A DNA stretch of 63,651 nucleotides, filler included, from Octopus bimaculoides (taxonomy: Eukaryota), in NCBI RefSeq assembly GCF_001194135.2. It is 4 parts of 4 records of this genome, joined end to end, with 100 filler letters (N's around TTAATTAATTAA, not from the genome) between each part and the next. Parts side by side here need not be neighbours in the genome. Positions count along the whole stretch, not along the records: positions 47,163 to 61,981 come from NC_068989.1; positions 62,082 to 63,651 come from NW_026412082.1; 2 more parts are not named here. One strand, given 5' to 3'. Positions 55,061 through 63,651 of this stretch are shown piece by piece (positions within the stretch are counted from its first letter, which is position 1; each line of letters opens with the position of its first letter). The notes under the pieces are model-generated. The model searched no databases. It had not been told where the DNA came from and saw only the letters and a program-made list of their open reading frames with translations. The translations under genes and the position numbers were made by a program.

Positions 55061-55865
55061 ACCCTTTCTAATTTCACACATAAATGTTTGAATCTGCAGA
55101 CAACAGGAAAAAGTACTCAATACAGAAAAAAAAGTCTAGTGAAATTATTAATTGTAATACTGAGGGATATTTCTTACTCTCTCTGCTACTGCTTTACGTT
55201 TCGCGTGTTTTGCTCATCACATAACTCCGCCCCCCTCTCTCTTTCTATCTCTCTTTCTCTTTACGCGTGTGCGTGAAGAATGGTAGAAGCTGCTTAATGT
55301 GATCGCTTTCTCGATAACGAATATCCTGTGTGCATTTGTATTTGGGACCCCCAATAATTTCGATCATAATAACCGCTTGCTAGCATTATCTGCCAATATA
55401 AACCAGCAACCAGCAGCTTCCAGTGTCTACAGACATACCCGCTTCTATCGTTCACCCACCCCTGTCTGTGTCTGACCAGACTCTTTTATATCGGCCAGAC
55501 ATGGTGACACAGTGACATGGAGATGTCTAGCTCTTCACAGTTCTCCTCCATTCAGTTTCTTTGTATTATTGTTGTATCGTCATCGTCGTCATCATCATCA
55601 TCATCATCGTTGTTGTTGTCATCATCGGCCTCCTCCTAATCATTATCATCATCATCATCACCGTCTTAATTATCATCACTGTTATAAGCATCATCATCAT
55701 CTTCACCACCACCGATCACTAATATCATTAACTTCACCACTGTCACCACCACCGCCACCACCACCACCACCGCCGCCACTACTAGCATCATCATCACACG
55801 TACAGCATCTATCATTGTTATCATCTGCTACTACTACTACTACTACCACCACTAACATTACCACT

Positions 55866-55899
<34 letters not shown>

Positions 55900-55950
55900 G
55901 TACCATTATCACTACCATCACCTTCACTATCATTATTCCTACTACTACCA

Positions 55951-55984
<34 letters not shown>

Positions 55985-56954
55985 CACTACTACTACCACC
56001 ATCACCACCACCATTACCACCACCATCACCACCACCATTACCACCACCATCATCATCAGCAGCAGTACCATTACTACTTCCTTCACTACTCCTGCTACCA
56101 CCACCACTATCATCATCATCATCATCATCATCATCTCTCTAGTCCCCCCACCTCCCTCATCCTCACCACTTCCATTTACCATTAACACTCCTTGAATTGA
56201 CAATTCTTTTAACTGCAAGAAATTTCAGAGTTCCAGGAAAATTTGGTGGAGGTTCCTCTGGGAAAAACTCTTTTACATTATCAGTTTTTGTTGTTGTTGC
56301 TGTTGTTTTAGATTTCTTTTCAAGATGTTCCATGTTTGAATTAACATAAAAGTTGTTGTTAATGGACATGTTGTACATGGTACCACGTTTTTTTCCCTTC
56401 CTTTTTTGTTTTGTTATATGTGGAGAAGATGGGAATGAATTAAAAGGGAGGAATATTAGGGGACAAGATTAAGAAACGGTGACTTTAAATAAACCTCAGC
56501 GCTAGTGAGCTTCTATCCTGGGGGGGGGGGGGAGACCCCAAAAATAGCAGCTATATTTCTTCAAAATTTTTGGGATGGTTATGGCTGGAATTCATATCGA
56601 TCATGGGTCTGACTGCTCAGACAAGCTGACCAGGTACTAAACTACAACAGCAGTATTTTTCATCATCGTCATTATCATCGCTATCATCTTCATCATCACT
56701 ATCATCATCATCATCATCACCATCATCATCGGAAGCAGCACTATCATCATCATCATTACCACCACCACCATCGTCACCATCATCATCATCATCATCATCA
56801 TCACTATCATTAACATCATCATCATCGTCATCATCATCTTCAGTTTAATTACTGTAACCTTTAAAGTCAACACCAATACCACCCCCACTGTGGGGTGCTG
56901 TCCAAATAGCTGTGAGGTAGAGACTATAGTGAAGTATAGTCTAGCTTAGCTATA

Positions 56955-57782
56955 AGTGGGTACCACAGTGAGGTACAGTCTACCTAGATGTGAATGGGTA
57001 CCACAGTGGGGTACAACCGACCTGGATGTGAATGGGTACCACAGTGGAGTACAGTCTACCTAGATGTGAATGGGTACCGCAGTGGGGTACAGTCTACCTA
57101 GATGTGAATGGGTACCACAGTGGGGTACAACCTACCTGGATGTGAATGGGTACCACAGTGGAGTACAGTCTACCTGGATGTGAATGGGTACCACAGTGGG
57201 ATACAGTTTACCTAGATGTGAATGGGTACCACATTGAGGTACTACCAAGATGTGAATGGGTACCACAGTGGGATACAGTCTACCTAGATGTGAATGTGTA
57301 CCACAGTGAGGTACTACCAAGATGTGAATGGGTACCACAGTGAGGTACTACCAAGATGTGAATGGGTACCGCAGTGAGGTACTACCAAGATGTGAATGGG
57401 TACCACAGTGAGGTACTACCAAGATGTGAATGAGTACCACAGTGGGGTACAGTCTGCCTAGATGTGAATGGGTACCACAGTGAGGTACAGTCTACCAAGA
57501 TGTGAATGGGTACCACAGTGGGGTACAGTCTACCTAAATGTGAATGGGTACCACAGTGAGGTACTGTCTACCTGGATATGAATGGGTACCACAGTGAGGT
57601 ACAGTCTACCTGCATGTAAATGGGTACCACAGTGAGGTACTGTCTACCCGGATGTGAATGGGTACCACAGTGAGGTATTTCCAAGATGTGAATGGGTACC
57701 ACAGTGAGGTACTGTCTACCCAGATGTGAATGTGTACCACAATGAGGTACAGTCAACTTAGATGTGAATAAGTACCACAGCA
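56955..57782. repeat. Minisatellite, about 22-23 units of 38 bp or 34 bp (ATGTGAATGGGTACCACAGTGAGGTACAGTCTACCTAG)
   Basis: Head-to-tail units with no unique spacers. Confidence 0.95.
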
Positions 57783-58772
57783 CAATACAATCTATGGTGA
57801 TTATATTACTACATGACTGTAGTGATAAGTGTGGTTATGATAGTGATAATAGTATAGATGCTACAGTTTTGATGTAATGATGATAAGCTATCATGAGATA
57901 TTTTGTTGAGGACATCTCACAGGTCATAGTGCTACCCAATCAATGATGAAAGATGTACGGTAGCATCATCATCATCAGCATCAGCAGGGGTAGCAGACAT
58001 TACGGTGGTGGTTGGTTGAAGCTGAGATTAACTAAGGAGTGAGGTCCCTCAGGTATGTCTGTATCTAATCATCTTGAGACAGCACTTGGCAAAGAATTAC
58101 ATCAGTCTGTTGGAAACCCACCCAAAATAAACCAATATCTTCGAGGTACACACACACACACTGAATGTTTGCAGAGGGGACGGGGGAAGAGGAAGAATAT
58201 TTTACTAATGTTGTCGCTGCAGTTGTTGTTTACTTCCAGGTAAGCACCGTCATCGAGCAACACATCTGTTCACCAATAATGTTCCAGCCATGACCGTCCT
58301 ATCTTTTCAGATACAGTGTTTCATGGACTATATTATTTGATGTGTCTTTTGCTTTTTTTTTGTTTGTTATATTTTTAGGCTGTAAAGTGTGACTCGAGGG
58401 AGATTTGGTTACTATTTCCAGAAGGTCCAGTGACTGCAGAGACATGCTGATTGTCTTGTATATCTAGTATATAATATATAGTAACATAGAAGGGGTTCCA
58501 ATCGAAGCTGTGTCTATTTTTAAATCTTAGGTTAATGAGGAGATCCCATTCATGTTTTCTATGTCTTTTTTGTCTTTTATTTTTTATGTTTCACTCTTTA
58601 GACTGTGGCCACACTGGGGCACTGCCTTGAAGAAGTTTTAGTCAAATAAATCGAATTCCAGTACTTATTATTATTATAATTTTGTTTTGTTATATTTTTT
58701 AGCTCCTATTTTATAATGAAACACGTGTAACATGGAATTACAAATATATCAAATTTTCCAGCATTTGTTTTA

Positions 58773-58806
<34 letters not shown>

Positions 58807-59074
58807 NNNNNNNNNNNNNNNNNNNNNNNNNNNNNNNNNNNNNNNNNNNNNNNNNNNNNNNNNNNNNNNNNNNNNNNNNNNNNNNNNNNNNNNNTATGTA
58901 CTTCGTTTTTGTGTCTGGTTTGCAAGATTCTCTATGTGAGTTTGTGTGTTGAAACAAATTTTGTTGTGTCTTGCAAGAGTCATATTGCCTTAATATCTTG
59001 AACTGGTGTGTTAAATATAAAAGCACCATGTCTCTCCCCAGATATAACAAAATATATATATATATATGACTGAT

Positions 59075-59325
59075 GCTAGTGCCACCTGACTGGCACCTGT
59101 GCCGGTGGAACGTAAAAAGCACCATTCATGCACGGCTGATGCCAGTGCTGCCTGACTGGCTCCTGTGCTGGTGGCATGTAAAAGCACCCACTGCACTCAC
59201 TGAGTGGTTGGCATTAGGAAAGACATCCAGCTGTAGAAGCCTTGCCAAATCAGATTGGAGCCTGGTGCAGCCTCCCGGCTTGCCAGTTCTCAATCAAACC
59301 TTCCAACTGATATATATTACTGGTA
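59075..59325 (+). mobile_element. SINE body/3' fragment with GAGTGGTTGGCATTAGGAA..CATCCAGCTGTAGAA domain
   Basis: Homologous to 60490-60847; internal duplication of about 50 bp. Confidence 0.7.
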
Positions 59326-59394
59326 TTTTATCAAATGCAGAGACATGAATGGCAAATTGAAATCCATAATAATAATTCTTTCTATTATAGATTC

Positions 59395-59585
59395 AAAGTC
59401 TGAAATTTGTGCAGGGGGTAGTTGATTACATGGCCCCAAAGCTCAGCTGGTACTTGTTTTATCAAGTCCCAAAAGGCCAAAAAATGAATTTGACCTCGGT
59501 GGGATTTGAACTCAGAATGTAATGGAAGAAAATGCATTAGGCATGTTTGTCCATTATGCTAGTGATTCTACCAGCTTGCCATCTT
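59395..59585 (-). mobile_element. SINE family B
   Basis: Reverse complement of the family B head and body. Confidence 0.7.
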
Positions 59586-60450
59586 TTAATAATGCTGTAG
59601 TAATTATCCAAGTTATCCAGCTGTAGTTAAAGATAAGGCCATGTTGACTTTGTTACCTTCTGTTAATTGAAAGCAGGAATAGTTTTACATAGAAACACTG
59701 AAATCCACTGAAATTCTTGTTGTTGTTTTTTGGGTTTTTTTCAAATGTGTGTTAAATTTAGTTTACTGGAACATATACACTCTGTGTGTGCATGCACACA
59801 CACACAAATTGCTATCTTGAAATGAGTGCTTGAAACAGAGTGTGTGTGTGTGTGCATTCGTGTTTGTAGATATACATGTGTTTGTGTGAACTGATGTGTA
59901 TGTACGTAACTGTGTAATTAAATCCAGCGTATGGTATTACACAGGTATCTGAGTGGGCGGATAAGAGCAATCCTCGGTGGATATGAAACAGCATACTTAT
60001 ATACAGATACACATATGTATGTATGTCACGCACACACACACATGGCATGTATTTATGTGCGTATGTGTTTGTATATATGATATATATAACCAGCTCTCTG
60101 GTGCCAGTGGCATGATAAAATTACCAAATACATTCCATGAAGTGGTTGGTGATAGGAAGGGCAGCCATCCATAGAAACTACACCAGAAAGTGGAATGTGT
60201 GAATGATATGTGTACTCTGCAAGACACATCACAGGTTCCCTGTCTTGGAGAGCAAATAAGTCCAAATAAGAACTAATGCAGGGATGAGACTCTTTAATCC
60301 TCCTCACATGAGATGACATCCCTAGTTCTATGTGGAGGCACATGGCTTAGTGGTTAGGGTGTTGGACTCATGATTGTAAAATTGTGGTTTCGATTCCTGG
60401 ACCGGGCAATGCATTGTGTTCTTGAGCAGAACACTTCATTTCACATTGCT

Positions 60451-60990
60451 CTATATTTAAAAGATGAGGAATTATGTACATTAAGACATTCAAACGAGGT
60501 CGTTGCTAGTGCCGCTGGACTGGGTCCTGTGCAGGTGGCACGTAAAATACACCATTTTGAGCATGGCCGTTGCCAGTACTGCCTGACTGGCCTTCGTGCC
60601 GGTGACACGTAAAAGCACCCACTACACTCTCGGAGTGGTTGGCATTAGGAAGGGCATCCAGCTGTAGAAATTCTGCTAAATCAGATTGGAGCCTGGTGTA
60701 GCCATCTGGTTCACCAGTCCTCAGTAGCCATCTAGTTCACCAGTCCTCAGTAGCCATCTGGTTCACCAGTCCTCAGTAGCCATCTGGTTCACCAGTCCTC
60801 GTCCAACCCATGCTAGCATGGGAAGCGGACGTTAAATGATGATGATTTACATTATTTACATTTGACGGATATTTGTCCTCATCTTGTTTGCTGTTAACAC
60901 ATTTTGGGTGATATACCCTCCAGCCTTCTTCAGGTGTCTTGGGGAAATTTCGAACCTGGGTTCTCATTCCTAAGGTATTTTTCGATGTTA
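60451..60990 (-). mobile_element. Family H1 copy B-left, interrupted by a SINE insertion at about 60483-60847
   Basis: GACAC-CTGAAGA-A-GGCTG-GAGGGTATAT-CACCC (60938-60896) keeps an intact CUGANGA core; its 3' hairpin arm continues at 60482-60451. Confidence 0.7.
60490..60847 (+). mobile_element. 5'-truncated SINE with (GAT)n tail and internal 26-bp x4 tandem repeat (60699-60800)
   Basis: Ends GGACGTTAAATGATGATGAT; unit TAGCCATCTGGTTCACCAGTCCTCAG. Confidence 0.8.
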
Positions 60991-60992
60991 TT

Positions 60993-61020
60993 AGATTCTG
61001 AGATCAATTCCAAGCAGTAA

Positions 61021-61070
<50 letters not shown>

Positions 61071-61187
61071 TTGAAAAATACCTTAGGAATGAGAACCCAG
61101 GTTCGAAATCCAGGGTATATCAGCCGAAATGTTGTGTTAACAACAAACAAGATGAGGACAAATATTCGTCAAATGTAAATAATGTAC
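60993..61187 (+). mobile_element. Family H1 copy B-right (B-box remnant, expanded TAA linker, 3' half of hammerhead)
   Basis: ATTCCAAGCAGTAACCTGAATAAT...ATACCTTAGGAATGAGAACCCAGGTTCGAAAT, deletion, then GGGTATATCAGCCGAAATGTTGTGTT...AAGATGAGGAC. Confidence 0.7.
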
Positions 61188-62099
61188 TTCATTTCGTGTT
61201 GCTCCAGTCTACTCAACGTGGCTTAGTGGTTAGGGATGTTGGACTCATGATTGTTAGATTGTGGTTTCAATTCCTGGACCAAACAACGTGTTGTGTTCTT
61301 GAGCCCTTATGAGTTGACATGACTTGAAAAGGTACCTTCATTTCACATTGCTCCAGTCTACTCAGTCGGCAAAAATGAGTAACCCTGCATCCTGTCAAGG
61401 TGGGGAACTTATACACCATGGAAATTGGGGAACCAGCCCTAATGAGTTGGCATGTCTTGAGAAGGTAACTTTACCTTTACTTGTCCCTAGTTCTAGTGAT
61501 TTGATAAAATGCATGAGTGAGACACACAACCAGTGCTGGATTAACCATTAAGCAAAATAAGCACATGCTTAGGGCATCAAGGGAAGGAGGGGGGTGGACA
61601 CCACAGAAATGGTAAATGGTTTACGGTACAAAAGAAATCACTTTAAACTTGCTAAGTTGTGGTGGTGTTGGGATCGACCATTCTGTCTTCCTTAGTGTAT
61701 CTGGGACCACATCCAAAGTAGGTTGTCGATGGTGGCAATTTTGGTGGTGGCGATAGTAGTGTATTACCAAACTGCTGTAGACATCAAACACTATCAACAA
61801 AGCAGCAAAGTGTTGGACATTATCATCATTTTGGTGACAATCACGACCACCATTACCAACATCACTACCACCACCACCACCACCACCACCACCACCACCA
61901 CCATCATCATCATCATTATCATCACTTTTGTTTTCATCAAAACTACCGTCATTTTTTCACCATCATCACCATCACACTATCNNNNNNNNNNNNNNNNNNN
62001 NNNNNNNNNNNNNNNNNNNNNNNNNTTAATTAATTAANNNNNNNNNNNNNNNNNNNNNNNNNNNNNNNNNNNNNNNNNNNNTAACAGTCTTAAACAAAC

Positions 62100-63190
62100 T
62101 CAACTCAACACCCCGTCCTTCTACACAAAATGATGAAGAAACCAAAACGAAGAAAACACCCTCTGAAATGTACGAGAACCTTGGAAATCTATGTGATACA
62201 ATGAAGACATTCTTTACAAACTTTACAAAACAAGGACAACAAAACGAAGGAACACATGGGAGGAACGCAATAACATCAACATTACAAATAAGAAACCAAG
62301 TCTTACCACAACAGAGAAAACTACAGCAAAACAGAAAATTCGCATTTTGGAAAATGATACAAAATCAGAATCAAGCAGAGACTTACCAAAAGTGGCCGAA
62401 CTCGACACCCCTAATCATACCCCGCAAATTACAAATAAAACCCGTCCTGGAAGAACCAGAAGCACAAAGAAGACTTAGAGAAAAGAATGTCATTAGAAAA
62501 AATGAAGATGGAAATGAACTACTAAAATTGAGAGCTAAGACAAATGAAGAAAAAGTAAAAACCATAGATGAAGAAATCAACGAAGACATCAACAAACTAA
62601 CAAACGAAGAAGAATGTGAAAATGAGGAACTAAAGTCCCTTCAACGATGGGAAAAGAGCGCCAACTGGTTCTTGGATAATGAAACCAACTTCAAAACTGA
62701 ACACATGTCCAACAACTCCTTCATAAAATTAAGAAAAACAAAACCACATACCAACACAATGGAACAACCACCGAGAAATCTAAATACACTCCCTACCAGA
62801 GAAAGACATTTAAAACGCACTCCACACTACCTTAACCAACCCTAAAACACCCACAGGGACCCACCACACCATTTCAAAACCCAAAGGCATGCAACACACA
62901 ATTCTATGAACTACAATCTACAATCCAACGAACACTTAAATTGAATATAGAAGACCTGAGACAACCAAAACCAAAAGGGGATGAAAAATGAAAAACCCTA
63001 CCCTACATTTCTACAGGAAAATACCTGTCAGCGACCACATAGACAGATGTACACCGAATAAAAATCCAAAGTTTATGACCTTCCCACTTTACCAATTCAA
63101 TAACAATGCAACTTTCATCCAACGTCAAAACAAAGAGCTTCATTTTATTAGAAAATTTGGGCCAAGTTTAAACACCCTGGGCCAGTAACA
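62100..63190 (+). mobile_element. Penelope-like element relic: N-terminal ORF (62168-62845) plus GIY-YIG C-terminal piece (about 63020-63188), no RT
   Basis: IPVSDHIDRC..NKNPKF..FP.Y...RQNKELHFIRKFGPSLN resembles the PLE GIY-YIG end (KE..FI...P.LN). The A-rich 225-aa ORF resembles PLE N-termini; recalled similarity, not searched. Confidence 0.55.
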
Positions 63191-63343
63191 TTAAAATCAT
63201 ATATTGGTTATCCAAAAAAGAAAAACAGAATCCTACAACTCCACCACCACTGTCACGATAACTACTACTACTGCAAACAGCGGTCCCTGCTACAACTACT
63301 ACTACAACGACCAACAGTCTCTGCTACTGTTGCTATTACGGTC

Positions 63344-63374
<31 letters not shown>

Positions 63375-63651
63375 ACAGTCTCTACTACTGCCGATATTAC
63401 GGTCACTACTACTACTGCTGCTTCAACCAACAGTCTCTACTACTGCTGCTATTACGGTCAGTACTACTACTGCTGCTGCCACTGCTGCTGCTTCCTCCTC
63501 TACTACTACAACCAATTAACTACTGCTGCTCACCATTACCAACACGGTCACTACTACTACTACTACTACAGCCAGTGATTCAAGTCAACGCACTAGACAG
63601 ACATTATGTCCCCACACAAAAAAACGCTCCCACGTGGACTATGTTGACACC

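Noticed and set aside
54375-56218. ORFs of 227-238 aa (Leu/Ser/Phe-rich and His/Thr/Pro-rich)
   Set aside because: Open only because CT and CAY/ACY repeats lack stops; no domain and no coherent codon usage.
56955-57782. CRISPR-like periodic array
   Set aside because: Units are contiguous and homologous along their whole length, with no unique spacers and no cas genes, in a eukaryotic context.
15479-62037. Recurrent TTAATTAATTAA motif within gaps
   Set aside because: Synthetic six-frame-stop linker added during assembly; not biological.

Overview
AT-rich, gap-rich eukaryotic genomic DNA dominated by microsatellites and transposable-element debris. The repeat families and composition suggest an octopus (coleoid cephalopod) draft assembly; this is an inference. 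No intact host protein-coding gene is recognisable, only low-confidence exon or promoter candidates. Supported elements: two decayed Ty3/Gypsy pol fragments and one internally deleted Gypsy insertion with LTR, tRNA-Ser PBS and 5-bp TSD; R4/Dong-type RLE LINE fragments beside (TAA)n; an internally deleted L1/Tx1-type LINE within (GATA)n; RTE and CR1 fragments; mariner and Tc1 remnants; an RT-less Penelope-like relic; many tRNA-derived SINEs; two foldback elements; and a 38/34-bp minisatellite. The most notable signal is two repeat families carrying minimal hammerhead-ribozyme motifs. One of them has a tRNA-derived Pol III head, giving a SINE-plus-hammerhead architecture seen in 3 partial copies. 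All copies here are degenerate, so activity is inferred only for the consensus. Three TTAATTAATTAA linkers inside N runs are assembly artefacts, so contiguity across them is uncertain.
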